Shown: positions 48,683-58,513, counted from the stretch's first letter. The stretch: DNA of 64,000 bases from Patescibacteria group bacterium UBA1396 (GCA_002305195.1 DBQK01000008.1:98688-162687), one strand, 5' to 3'. Notes: generated by a model not told the origin, from the sequence alone. Numbers and translations: made by a program.

Positions 48683-50233
48683 TTAAATTTCCTCTCTTAA
48701 ATCAAAAATAATATATTCATCTGTCTCGGCTAAAACTGAATATCGGTCTCTAAGTTCATTGACCTCATCATCTTTGGTAGTTGAAACATAAAACTGTGCC
48801 CCAAGTTTAATTTTTTCTTCAATTTCAAAGCCGATTGGCCAGCCGCGTCGATTAGTTTGCCAGAGAAAAGCGGTATCACCCTGATAAGGAGCAATTACCA
48901 AAGCATCTGATGGCGTCAATTGGTCAACTGCTTTACCAGCCGAAACAATGGCTGGATTATTGATGTGAAAAAAATCACCAACGTGATACCAAGCAAAAAG
49001 CCAAGAAAAAATAATGATGGTGGATAGGGCGGCGAGCATCGCGAGCCGCCGGAAAGTAGAGGTCATACTATTAACAAGACCAACCACACCTTCGGCAAAC
49101 AGCCACACAATAATCGGCAGGAGAATAATTTGATAGTAGTCGTGCTGAACATTACCGGTGGCAAATACAATTAAATAGGCCAAAATTCCTAGCACACCAA
49201 AAATTAAGGCACCAGATTTCTCAAACCAGGTTAAAAAGAAAGAAATTATCAAATTAATCTGTTTTGGCCAGAGTGCTAAATAACGTTTAGCCACTATCTT
49301 TTCCGGAATCGAAAATACTAGACCAAAAATCAATAGCGCTGCTCCCCAATACCCAAACATCAATCTACCAATCCTATCGGCCATTAACCAACGCCACCAC
49401 GCTGGTTTTAGTCTTATGTGGTTGCCATTAAATAGCCAGTCGGAAGCGGGTATTCCAGTGGGAAAGTTTAAGATCCAGCGTCGCCAAAGCAATAAAGGAA
49501 TAACTGCAAGAATAAATGTTAAGGCTATCAAAAGTAAATTGCGGACAATGTGGCTGGCTTTGCCAACAAATCGACGTGGTCGTTCAAAAATTAACCCCAC
49601 CATTAGTGGCATCAAAAATGTCGCCATTGGTTTAACCAATAATGCTAAAGCTAACAAAAGTCCAGAAACCAATAGCCAGACAAATTTATTTCGCCTATTT
49701 GTAAGCCATTTATACCAACAAACCCAGGCCAAACTCATAAACAAGATCACAAATGGTTCGGGCAAAATTACTCGACCATAATAGATGGCATATGGCATTA
49801 AAGCCCAGGCTAGCGCGGCGGCGAGCGCCACTGATGTTCCCCGTAATTGCTTTAACAACCAATAAAAAGCACCAATGCTAACGGCGCTCGCCGCCGCGCT
49901 AGCTAAACGACTCACTACGACTAAATCCCAACCAGGATTTAACCTTAAAATAAGCGCAATAACAGCGTTAATAATCGGAAACTCCACCATTCGCCAGCCT
50001 TCTAAATTGTCTTCACCAGACTGGATATTGGATAAGTCGTGATATTTTGGTCGGAGCAAATCAATACCATTCTTAACATACTCGCGAGTAACCGAAGCAG
50101 TATCGGCTTGCCTAAAAGAGTGCCAATCAGCTAATGGAGCGTTAATTTGATACAACCTAACTACAAAAGCACCAGCAATAATAATCCAAGGCAGCCAACT
50201 ATGTAATTGTTTCTGCCACCAGGCTTTAGTCAT
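48683..50233 (-). CDS. ArnT-like GT-C glycosyltransferase
   Basis: WHSFRQADTA, EFP, HDYYQ; multi-TM. Confidence 0.85.
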   Translation of the reverse strand: MTKAWWQKQLHSWLPWIIIAGAFVVRLYQINAPLADWHSFRQADTASVTREYVKNGIDLLRPKYHDLSNIQSGEDNLEGWRMVEFPIINAVIALILRLNPGWDLVVVSRLASAAASAVSIGAFYWLLKQLRGTSVALAAALAWALMPYAIYYGRVILPEPFVILFMSLAWVCWYKWLTNRRNKFVWLLVSGLLLALALLVKPMATFLMPLMVGLIFERPRRFVGKASHIVRNLLLIALTFILAVIPLLLWRRWILNFPTGIPASDWLFNGNHIRLKPAWWRWLMADRIGRLMFGYWGAALLIFGLVFSIPEKIVAKRYLALWPKQINLIISFFLTWFEKSGALIFGVLGILAYLIVFATGNVQHDYYQIILLPIIVWLFAEGVVGLVNSMTSTFRRLAMLAALSTIIIFSWLFAWYHVGDFFHINNPAIVSAGKAVDQLTPSDALVIAPYQGDTAFLWQTNRRGWPIGFEIEEKIKLGAQFYVSTTKDDEVNELRDRYSVLAETDEYIIFDLREEI

Positions 50234-50234
50234 A

Positions 50235-52109
50235 TTATTTTGTACGCCTGATTATTTTTCTTTTTTTATCTTTGAAACTTTTCCGTCGTCGTTTACTACT
50301 TGATAAGTATTTACTGCCAGATAATTTTTGATTCGTGTTGGATTCAACTGCTTGCAAAAGTGTTTTCAACCGCTGCGTGTCAGATTTTTGGCGCTGTCCT
50401 TGAAAGTTAAACTGTGATGCCACTATGCCTTCTTTAACAAAAATTGCTAGGAAAATTCCTTGTAATAACCAAAATGTGTATGCTACTTTTGAGGCTACAA
50501 AAACATCGATATAAACCGCGTTCAGCAACAAGCCGATCGTACCAGCAAAGTTAGCTACGGCTAAACCAGTTAACCACCTATCTTGACTTTGGCGATACAC
50601 CAACCAACTGTACCAAAGCGAAAGACCAATAGTACCGTAAAAGAAGAAAAAGCCGATACTACCGTTTTCTCCTAGCGTTCGTAAGAAATTGTTGTCCGTA
50701 CTTTCTGCTTCGGTAAACTGTTCAACTGATGATTTGGTCAAAGTGGCGTAACCTGAACCAAATAGCGGATTAGCTAGCCAACCTTGAAAAGCCTGTGGCC
50801 ATAAAGTTTCCAAGCGAATACACACCGATAAACTGTGTTTCAAGGCACAATCTGAAAAAACTCTGTCTTGAACTAATTTGTCCCCAACCTGTCGCAGTTC
50901 ACCTGCCAGCGTGGCAGCGGGATCAGCAAGTTCAAACTCTTTTTCGGGAACATCAACGTAAACATCTTTTGGTTTGGAGGTTGATGGTTGTGTGTCGGAT
51001 CTAGTCATTCCTTGCTTTTTAAGCTCTTCTTCTAACTGATCGGTTGAAATGCTGTTTTCTGGTGGTCGAGAAACTTGACCAATAAACTTAAGCGGATCTT
51101 CTTTTAAGTTTTCGGCTATTTCAAAAACCTGTCCTGCTAATGGATAGCGCTCGGTATCGATAACTTGAGAAAAACGAGAGGATAGATCGCCCACAAAAAT
51201 CATCATCAAACCACTGATCAAAAAAACTACTGCACCACGAGAAATACTAAACCACCAACCTTTAATCTTAATAAATAGCAAAAACACTAAACCGATCGCC
51301 AATAAATAACCACCATATGAGGTGCGAGAGGCGGATAAAACGAGAAGCCATAAACCACCGAACCACGCAAACCAACTACCGGCAATTAAAACTTGCCTAA
51401 CTATTTTCCCCAATTTTGTCTGAAAAAAAACAGACTTGAGAGAATCTTTTTGTGATAAAACTAAAGCACTAACAAGGGCAAGAGGCAAAATAACAACCAA
51501 ATAGGCTCCCAAATCATAATGGCCGGCAAAAGTTGACTGCACTCTAGCATGCTCACTCAGGTAGAGTTTAACTCCCTTACTAAACTCACGATTCATGGTG
51601 GAGTAAACTGGCCAGTAATGATATTTCTGGCCATAGCCATAAATCACTACTCCAACTAAAGTTCCCAAAGTAACCAAGAGTAAAAATAGTCCTTGCTTGC
51701 GATTCTTAACAGCATTGTAAGCAATAAAAAAGAGAGACAAATACTGAATGTGCCGAAGCCAATGCAGCATTGATTTAGCAATGTGAATACTTTCAGTAGG
51801 AATGGTTTTGGTTAGAACCACACCAAGTAGATTGGACACTAAACCAGTGGCCAAGTAAGCCAAAATAAAAATAGATAATGGTGTTTTCCAAGTTACTTTT
51901 TTGCGCAGTAATTGAATTACCCACCAACCAATAACTGTTGCGATAACAATATCCTCCAACCGCAAACGAACAATATAGCCGGGAATAATATCGGCTAACG
52001 GTATTTTTGGATAAAGAGGAACAATAATTAGCAAAAGTGCCGTAGCCAATAAAAGAAAGTAGTTATCAAACCAAGTCCAAAGCTTCCTGATAAGCCCGTT
52101 GTCTGCCAT
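50235..52109 (-). CDS. O-antigen ligase/polymerase family membrane protein
   Basis: RVQSTF, SASRT, NPLFGSG, DNNFLRTLGENG; start set at MADNG (52109). Confidence 0.82.
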   Translation of the reverse strand: MADNGLIRKLWTWFDNYFLLLATALLLIIVPLYPKIPLADIIPGYIVRLRLEDIVIATVIGWWVIQLLRKKVTWKTPLSIFILAYLATGLVSNLLGVVLTKTIPTESIHIAKSMLHWLRHIQYLSLFFIAYNAVKNRKQGLFLLLVTLGTLVGVVIYGYGQKYHYWPVYSTMNREFSKGVKLYLSEHARVQSTFAGHYDLGAYLVVILPLALVSALVLSQKDSLKSVFFQTKLGKIVRQVLIAGSWFAWFGGLWLLVLSASRTSYGGYLLAIGLVFLLFIKIKGWWFSISRGAVVFLISGLMMIFVGDLSSRFSQVIDTERYPLAGQVFEIAENLKEDPLKFIGQVSRPPENSISTDQLEEELKKQGMTRSDTQPSTSKPKDVYVDVPEKEFELADPAATLAGELRQVGDKLVQDRVFSDCALKHSLSVCIRLETLWPQAFQGWLANPLFGSGYATLTKSSVEQFTEAESTDNNFLRTLGENGSIGFFFFYGTIGLSLWYSWLVYRQSQDRWLTGLAVANFAGTIGLLLNAVYIDVFVASKVAYTFWLLQGIFLAIFVKEGIVASQFNFQGQRQKSDTQRLKTLLQAVESNTNQKLSGSKYLSSSKRRRKSFKDKKRKIIRRTK

Positions 52110-53211
52110 ATCGTGCCAGTATACCAAAAATAATAATCCTTAGTCTGATACCAAATAAAAGAATCTGACGGAAAAACCAAAAATCAGTCTGTGAGGTATG
52201 TTTCGACCAAAGGTACTTTAATCCTTTAATCTCCCCTACGATTGCCTGATGGCTATCGCTACTAGCTGAGCCGAGGTGAACCACTTTACCCGCCTCCACT
52301 AGAACTACGTCCCAATGACGTCTGGTTGCTCGCCAACACAGTTCAATGTCCTCGCCATACATAAAAATACGAGGGTCAAAACCACCAATTTCTTCTAGGC
52401 AGGAGCGGGAAATCATCATTGACGTGCCACCAACCCAACCTACCTTAGCAATTTTTTTTCTCTTTAATGACCTCATATCAGCCAGGTGATGCTGGTAAGA
52501 ATTCCAAACTTTGTTAATAAAGGGAATGTCATCTAAAAAAGTTATCCAGAGGAAAATGTTGAGTAAGTTTGGTAGCGAACCGCCTTGAACCTGAATGGTT
52601 TTATCTTGATTGTAGAGCTGAGCGGCCGCGATACCAACATTATCAATCTGTTGACGAAAACGGCCTAAAACCGCTTGCGATTTCACACCGGCGTTGGTTT
52701 TAAACGATTTAACCAGATTTAATATGGTGTGTGGCTTAACGAAGGCATCGGAGTTGAGAAATAAGTAGTGGCTGGCTGGCACCAGTGCCATGCCCAAATT
52801 GTTTGCCCGACCGAAACCAATATTATGGTGTAACTCCACTAAATGAAGCTGGTGCCGACCAAGTTTGCCAGTACGAATGTTGACGACCTCTTGGTAATCG
52901 AAGGGCAGGTTTTCCCAGATTTCAGTTTTGGTCTTATTTTGTGCTTCACCCACTCTGTTAAGTAAAGCATGGTTTTTTCGTAAACGATATTTTCTAGCCA
53001 GGGATACCGCCGATCTATCGGTGGAGGCGTTATCAACAACCACGATATTAAGCTCAACACCTCTGGAACTTGATACTGCTTCCAAACAACGTCTAGTGAT
53101 ATCGGCGGTGTTAAAACTTAGAATCACTACCGTGACAGATGGTCGAGAAGTCTGACGTTTTTTCCAGGCCGAACTAGTTACATTGGAGTTGGATTTAGTT
53201 AAACTAGACAT
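52066..53211 (-). CDS. GT2 glycosyltransferase with insertions
   Basis: VVDNASTD, NIGFGRANN, FLNSD, FMYGEDIELC. Confidence 0.9.
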   Translation of the reverse strand: MSSLTKSNSNVTSSAWKKRQTSRPSVTVVILSFNTADITRRCLEAVSSSRGVELNIVVVDNASTDRSAVSLARKYRLRKNHALLNRVGEAQNKTKTEIWENLPFDYQEVVNIRTGKLGRHQLHLVELHHNIGFGRANNLGMALVPASHYLFLNSDAFVKPHTILNLVKSFKTNAGVKSQAVLGRFRQQIDNVGIAAAQLYNQDKTIQVQGGSLPNLLNIFLWITFLDDIPFINKVWNSYQHHLADMRSLKRKKIAKVGWVGGTSMMISRSCLEEIGGFDPRIFMYGEDIELCWRATRRHWDVVLVEAGKVVHLGSASSDSHQAIVGEIKGLKYLWSKHTSQTDFWFFRQILLFGIRLRIIIFGILARYGRQRAYQEALDLV

Positions 53212-53442
53212 ATGCGAACATTATCGGTTAGTGTTAAGCCGGCCAGCAAGCGAAGTGAAGTTATTGAAACCGCGCCTAACACTTTCAAAGTATATGTTAC
53301 CGCGCCAGCTCAAAAAGGCAAAGCCAATCTGCTTATGATCAAACAACTGGCAGAGTTTTTACAAATACCCCCATCACGCTTGCTAATTAAACGCGGTGAT
53401 CGTGCCAGATCTAAAACCGTGATAGTATTGGAGCAGGATTAA
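53212..53442 (+). CDS. DUF167 (YggU) family protein
   Basis: VKPASKR, VTAPAQKGKAN, RGDRARSK. Confidence 0.88.
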   Translation: MRTLSVSVKPASKRSEVIETAPNTFKVYVTAPAQKGKANLLMIKQLAEFLQIPPSRLLIKRGDRARSKTVIVLEQD

Positions 53443-53444
53443 GT

Positions 53445-54470
53445 ATGAAAGTATTAATAACCGGTGGAGCAGGTTTTATTGGCTCGCATTTTGTTAGATA
53501 TTGGCTAAAGAATCATCCAGACGATGAAGTGGTCAATCTGGATTTACTCACATATGCAGGAAATCTTGAGAATTTATTAGATATTGAGAAGAACCCTCAT
53601 TACACCTTTATACAAGGTGATATTCGCGATCCACAGGCTGTGGATAAAGCAATGGCAGGAGTTAATCTGGTGGTACACTTTGCCGCCGAAACCCACGTGG
53701 ACCGATCTATCATGGAACCAGCCAATTTTGTTACTACCAATGTTGTTGGTACGCAAGTTCTTCTAGAAAGCGCTTTAAAACACCAGGTTGACCACTTTCA
53801 CCATATATCAACCGATGAAGTTTTTGGCTCACTCGAGCTCAACACACCTGAAAAATTTAATGAAACAACACCTTATGATCCGCGTAGCCCTTACTCAGCT
53901 GCAAAAGCTGGCTCAGATCATTTAGTAAGAGCTTATGGAGAAACCTTTGGATTGCCCTATACCATTTCTAATTGTTCAAACAACTATGGTCCTTATCACT
54001 TTCCTGAAAAATTTATTCCTTTAGCTATTACCAATCTCCTTGAGGGTAAAAAAATCCCCATTTATGGCGATGGTCTTAACGTTCGTGACTGGTTATTTGT
54101 TACCGATCACTGCCGAGCAATTGATTTAATCATTCTGAGTAAAAAAACAATGACTACCTATTGTGTGGGCGGTTTACAAAAGGATCATTCTAATCTTGAG
54201 ATAGCCAAAATGATTCTCCAAATTATGAATTTGCCAGAAGACAGAATTGAATTTGTTACTGACCGTCTAGGTCACGACCGACGTTACTCGGTTGACTGGA
54301 GTAAAATTAATCAGGATCTTGGTTGGTCTCCAAGTGTAACTTTAGAGGAAGGCTTGAAACTAACGATTAAGTGGTATCAGCAAAATACCGTTTGGTGGAA
54401 AAGAGTAAAAAGTGGTCAATATCAAGAATATTATCAAAAACAATATCTGGATCGCAAAAATAATGAGTAA
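53445..54470 (+). CDS. rfbB: dTDP-glucose 4,6-dehydratase
   Basis: GGAGFIG, AAETHVDRSI, STDEV, YSAAK, DRLGHDRRY. Confidence 0.97.
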   Translation: MKVLITGGAGFIGSHFVRYWLKNHPDDEVVNLDLLTYAGNLENLLDIEKNPHYTFIQGDIRDPQAVDKAMAGVNLVVHFAAETHVDRSIMEPANFVTTNVVGTQVLLESALKHQVDHFHHISTDEVFGSLELNTPEKFNETTPYDPRSPYSAAKAGSDHLVRAYGETFGLPYTISNCSNNYGPYHFPEKFIPLAITNLLEGKKIPIYGDGLNVRDWLFVTDHCRAIDLIILSKKTMTTYCVGGLQKDHSNLEIAKMILQIMNLPEDRIEFVTDRLGHDRRYSVDWSKINQDLGWSPSVTLEEGLKLTIKWYQQNTVWWKRVKSGQYQEYYQKQYLDRKNNE

Positions 54471-55014
54471 AAGGAGTTTTATGAAGCTAGACCCAAAATT
54501 TGAATCAGCTTTGACGGTACAACAATACCAAACTAAAGAAAGTATTGAGGGAGTACAGATTATTGACCAGCCGTTTCATCGCGATGACACCGGTAATTTT
54601 ACCGAACTAGGCAGAATTAATGATCAAGGTGAGCTGGAAGCCTTCGAAGGTTTTAAACCTCAACAAGTTAGCTTGTCAATTATGCTACCAAAAGTGGTTA
54701 AGGCCTTTCATGTTCATAAAAAACAAGATGATGTTTGGTATGTTTCTCCAGATAATCGCTTATTGGCCATATTAGTTGACCTCAGAGAAAATTCACCAAC
54801 CAAGGGCAATATGATGCGAGTTATTTTGGGAGGTGGTAGTAATAGCTTACTCAGGATACCGGCAGGCGTGGCTCATGGAGCCGGCAATCCCTGGCACACC
54901 TCAACCAAATTAATCTACTTCACCACTCAGCAGTTTTCACCAGAATCTCCAGATGAATATCGCTTACCTTGGGATTATTTTGGCGCCGATATTTGGCGCA
55001 AAAGTCGAGGTTAA
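54463..55014 (+). CDS. rfbC: dTDP-4-dehydrorhamnose 3,5-epimerase family
   Basis: KAFHVH, DLRENSPT, IPAGVAHG; between rfbB and rfbD. Confidence 0.85.
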   Translation: MSKRSFMKLDPKFESALTVQQYQTKESIEGVQIIDQPFHRDDTGNFTELGRINDQGELEAFEGFKPQQVSLSIMLPKVVKAFHVHKKQDDVWYVSPDNRLLAILVDLRENSPTKGNMMRVILGGGSNSLLRIPAGVAHGAGNPWHTSTKLIYFTTQQFSPESPDEYRLPWDYFGADIWRKSRG

Positions 55015-55062
55015 CCTTAAAATGGCACTATAAATGCCAAATAGTAAAAATTAGACGATAAT

Positions 55063-55923
55063 ATGGAAAAAGAAAAAGCCATTGTTTTTGGAACCGGTTT
55101 ATCTGGTTTGGTTGGTTCGGCAATTATTGCTGGGCTAAGCAATAAATATGAGTTCGTCAATTTAGATCTTAGTCGCGGTGTGGATATTCTTGACCCCAGT
55201 AGTATTGAAAAAGTTTTGTCCTCATACCAAGGAAAAGTTTTGATTCATTTGGCGGCGTTCACGGATGTGAACGCCGCCCAACAACAAGATGGGGATAAAT
55301 CTGGAAGCTGTTGGCGAGTAAACGTTGAAGGAACAGCCAACATTGTTAAAGCTTGCCAGCAACATCAGTTGCACCTTATACATTTCAGTACAGCCTATGT
55401 TTTTGACGGTCAACAAAAAACTCCTTACCTGGAGTCTGATCCAGTTAATCCCGTAGACTGGTATAGTAAGACCAAGGCCGAGGCCGAAAAAATTGTTTCC
55501 ACCCAACTGCCTAAAGCAAGTATTTTGCGTATCAGCTTTCCATATAGTCAGCAACTATCTAGTCGTCTAGACGTATGGGATAAAATTGCACAAACTCTAA
55601 AAGATGGTCGGACTGGACCGTTTTTTAAAGATCATTTCTTTACCATGACTCCGCTTGAGTGGTTAGTTCCGGTAGTTGATTGGGCAATCGAAACTCAACC
55701 CGCTGGTATTTGGCATACCACAACCGATAAAGTTTTTTCTGATCTAAGTTTGGCCAAACTTATTGCTAACGAGCTAAACTTGCCAACATCATCGTTGCAA
55801 AGTAGTTCAGTAAGAGAATATAACCAAAAGGCAGAACGTCCCTATCAACCATACCTTGTTCTTGATAACCAAAAATTAAAAAAGGCTATGGGTCCGCGCT
55901 TCCCTCAAGAAAATGTTACGTAA
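55063..55923 (+). CDS. rfbD: dTDP-4-dehydrorhamnose reductase family
   Basis: GLSGLVG, HLAAFTDV, STAYVFDG, YSKTK. Confidence 0.88.
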   Translation: MEKEKAIVFGTGLSGLVGSAIIAGLSNKYEFVNLDLSRGVDILDPSSIEKVLSSYQGKVLIHLAAFTDVNAAQQQDGDKSGSCWRVNVEGTANIVKACQQHQLHLIHFSTAYVFDGQQKTPYLESDPVNPVDWYSKTKAEAEKIVSTQLPKASILRISFPYSQQLSSRLDVWDKIAQTLKDGRTGPFFKDHFFTMTPLEWLVPVVDWAIETQPAGIWHTTTDKVFSDLSLAKLIANELNLPTSSLQSSSVREYNQKAERPYQPYLVLDNQKLKKAMGPRFPQENVT

Positions 55924-56944
55924 TTTGATAACAAATCTAGTTTCTCGCTGGCGATTAATAATTACCGTGTTAGTGCTATTTTTTCTAGCCTATTATATTG
56001 AACTTCATCCTGATTCAATCAAATTGCCACCAGGATTATCGACACCCATACACAAACTGACACAGAGGTTGGGATTAAGCTCGGATAAAATATCAAACTC
56101 AGATTCAGTTTCTCAAAATATTTCTGCTGAACAAATCATCAGCTTTGTTGCTTCACAAAGACAGACGGCTGAACTGGCGGTACCACAAACTAATACCACG
56201 CTTGAAAAAGCAGCACGCCTTGTAGCTTTAGCAGTCGAAGATCAGCAGCAACTTACTACTGATTTATCTTTACCAGAATTACTCAAAGCAATTGGAACTA
56301 AACAGCCACCAGAATTAGAAAATTTAACCATTTTTGTTTCGGGTTTTGGTGACTTTCAACAAGCCATGATCAACCCAGAAAAACCTAGTAAACTAATTAC
56401 TCAAGCAGACTATCAACAAATTGGTGTGGCGGTTCGTCCGGCTGAATTTCAAGGGGAAATTGGTAATATTATCGTCATTTTAAGCTCACCAGATTTTGTC
56501 AATGAGGCAGAGGAAAAAGAAATGTCTAGGGATGAGGCGCCGGCCGCGGTGCGGCCGGCGCCTCCTGCCACCACTCCTACCTTCACTGGTCAAGATCTTT
56601 GGCAAGCAGTTCAGAACTATCGCCGGGCCCATCGCCTGCCAGAATTTGTACAAGCTAACGAGTTGTGCACCGTAGCCAGCATTAGACTGAATGAGCTTTT
56701 AGAACTAGGCAAACTTGACAACCACGATGGTTTTGGTCCACGAGCCGAAGAGTTTTTTGAACGTCACCCTGATTGGGACAGTATTAATGAAAATTTAGCT
56801 GCTGGGTATGAAACAGCAGTTCAAACCGTAGAATGGGGCTGGGACCAAAGTCTTGGTCATCAAGCCTTGATAAAAAGCCTTGATTACCCCAAAGCGTGCG
56901 CGGCCGCACAAAGAGGCTTTGCTGTTTTAATAACCGGCAAATAA
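55913..56944 (+). CDS. membrane-anchored CAP (SCP) domain protein, two CAP-like repeats
   Basis: VQNYRRAHRL, HDGF, ENLA, SLGH; degenerate N-terminal copy. Confidence 0.8.
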   Translation: MLRNLITNLVSRWRLIITVLVLFFLAYYIELHPDSIKLPPGLSTPIHKLTQRLGLSSDKISNSDSVSQNISAEQIISFVASQRQTAELAVPQTNTTLEKAARLVALAVEDQQQLTTDLSLPELLKAIGTKQPPELENLTIFVSGFGDFQQAMINPEKPSKLITQADYQQIGVAVRPAEFQGEIGNIIVILSSPDFVNEAEEKEMSRDEAPAAVRPAPPATTPTFTGQDLWQAVQNYRRAHRLPEFVQANELCTVASIRLNELLELGKLDNHDGFGPRAEEFFERHPDWDSINENLAAGYETAVQTVEWGWDQSLGHQALIKSLDYPKACAAAQRGFAVLITGK

Positions 56945-57004
56945 TAGAATCTTGGCTAATAAAATCTTAGTTTTGGCTATGTTTATTTGAACTGATATTA
57001 GATA

Positions 57005-57391
57005 TTAAGCCACCAAGCGTCGGTTGGGAACTTGCCTCATTTTTCTAAGATTATTAATCATAGTCTGTAGCATTGCCGCCCTAACCTTTAATTCATCCTC
57101 AGCAAGACCAAGTTTATTAGCCGGTCGATCAGACTTAGGGTGAAGTAAGTCGATCACAACTCGCTCAATATCAGCGGCTTCCCGCTCGATATCGGTTGCG
57201 TAAAATGCCCCGTTATTTCCTTGGCTTGGCTGTCTTGCCAGTGTCCTGGCAGTTTGCATGGCTTCATTAACTAATTTTCTTATCACTTTGAGTGTGTGGT
57301 CATGATCTGTTTTTATACTTTCCCGACGAACCAATGGTTCGCCAATCTTGTTTTTTCTATCTACAGCCACCTTAGCTTCTCTTGCGATCAT
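57005..57391 (-). CDS. hypothetical helical protein
   Basis: 128-aa ORF with AGGAGGG RBS. Confidence 0.65.
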   Translation of the reverse strand: MIAREAKVAVDRKNKIGEPLVRRESIKTDHDHTLKVIRKLVNEAMQTARTLARQPSQGNNGAFYATDIEREAADIERVVIDLLHPKSDRPANKLGLAEDELKVRAAMLQTMINNLRKMRQVPNRRLVA

Positions 57392-57631
57392 AGCTCCCTC
57401 CTACCTAATTAAATTCAGTATCAATGCTTTGGGTTTGGCAAAATCCCAACTAAGTGCTCTTCCTTTCTAACCTGTTAGACTAAATTTAAAAATTAAAGGT
57501 TTTGGCAAAATTTGGTAATAGTCACTTAAGAATTTAAGCAAGTGATCGCTAAGAAGCATGCCGTAGAAAAAAGATTGGAATCGTTGAAAAGGTAATCTCA
57601 GAGAACTAAAAACAACACACAACCTTAGTAA

Positions 57632-58513
57632 CTACAAAATGGTACTGGTCTCACCTGAATCTGCTTGTTTGTCTCTTGGAGGTAAAACGTAGACATCACT
57701 GCCATACTCACTCTCGCCAACCAACCTGGCCTTCCCCTGTAAAACCATTTCATAAGGTTTGCAGGCAGGACAGCCTTGTTCGCCGTTGGGACAAGGAAAG
57801 TGTTCCAACTTGCGAGCGGTTTTAATTTTTTGTGCAATTTGAAGTACTCTTTGTTTGGCCTCATCTAAGTCAGGCAAAACTTGTGGTGTTAAATCATCGT
57901 TCGATTCTAAATACCAATAGCTGGCCTTGGCAACCTCTCGGTGTTGGCAGTGATGAACTAATAAATAATAAATTGGTAATTGTAGAGAATCTTCCTTTTC
58001 TATATTTTTACCGGTTTTAAAATCGATAATGTGAACTTGATCCGATTCTGGTATGTATTCCAACCAGTCAATCTTGCCGCAAAGAATTAATCCCTCTGGT
58101 TCCGATAACCAAAACCACGGAAGTTTCTCTGTTATCTTGACGGCTTTATTGGCTAACGGACCAGGATTGTTGATGACGCGGCGCAGCATCGCTGCGCCGC
58201 GTTCCTTATACTCCCTCTCTGTTTCAGCTCTGAAGAAACCACCCTGTAAACCACTGACCCTACCCCACACTCGCTCATATTTCTTGATAAGTGATTCCTT
58301 AAAACGCTCGGCCGTCGGTAAAACCGAAAGTGCCTCTAGAACTTCGTGAACAGCCGAGCCCAAAGCCAGAGGTGGAGCCATTAGTTGAATTTTGTGTTTG
58401 GTTTTGGGATCGCGATAAATGTTTTTTAAATAATATGCCCGAGGGCATTGTAAATAATCTTGAATTGAGGAATGGGAAACCCACACCGCACTATATTTGT
58501 CAGCCATACCCAC
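57632..58513 (-). CDS. PD-(D/E)XK nuclease (RecB/AddB/Cas4-like, Cys-flanked)
   Basis: SHSSI..YLQCP, GSAVH, GKID, IIDFKTG, QLPIY, C-terminal Cys cluster. Confidence 0.9.
   Translation of the reverse strand: MGMADKYSAVWVSHSSIQDYLQCPRAYYLKNIYRDPKTKHKIQLMAPPLALGSAVHEVLEALSVLPTAERFKESLIKKYERVWGRVSGLQGGFFRAETEREYKERGAAMLRRVINNPGPLANKAVKITEKLPWFWLSEPEGLILCGKIDWLEYIPESDQVHIIDFKTGKNIEKEDSLQLPIYYLLVHHCQHREVAKASYWYLESNDDLTPQVLPDLDEAKQRVLQIAQKIKTARKLEHFPCPNGEQGCPACKPYEMVLQGKARLVGESEYGSDVYVLPPRDKQADSGETSTIL

Noticed and set aside
57432-57511. GGTTT(T)GGCAAAAT two-copy repeat in an intergenic gap
   Set aside because: Only two short imperfect copies, with no array or associated gene
518-58202. GC palindromes as REP/MITE insertions or intrinsic terminators
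   Set aside because: No shared sequence family, no target duplications, intragenic and in frame at conserved motifs, and mostly without U-tracts
57632-58513. Cas4 / CRISPR locus
   Set aside because: No repeat-spacer array or other cas genes seen in the window; treated as a solo PD-(D/E)XK nuclease
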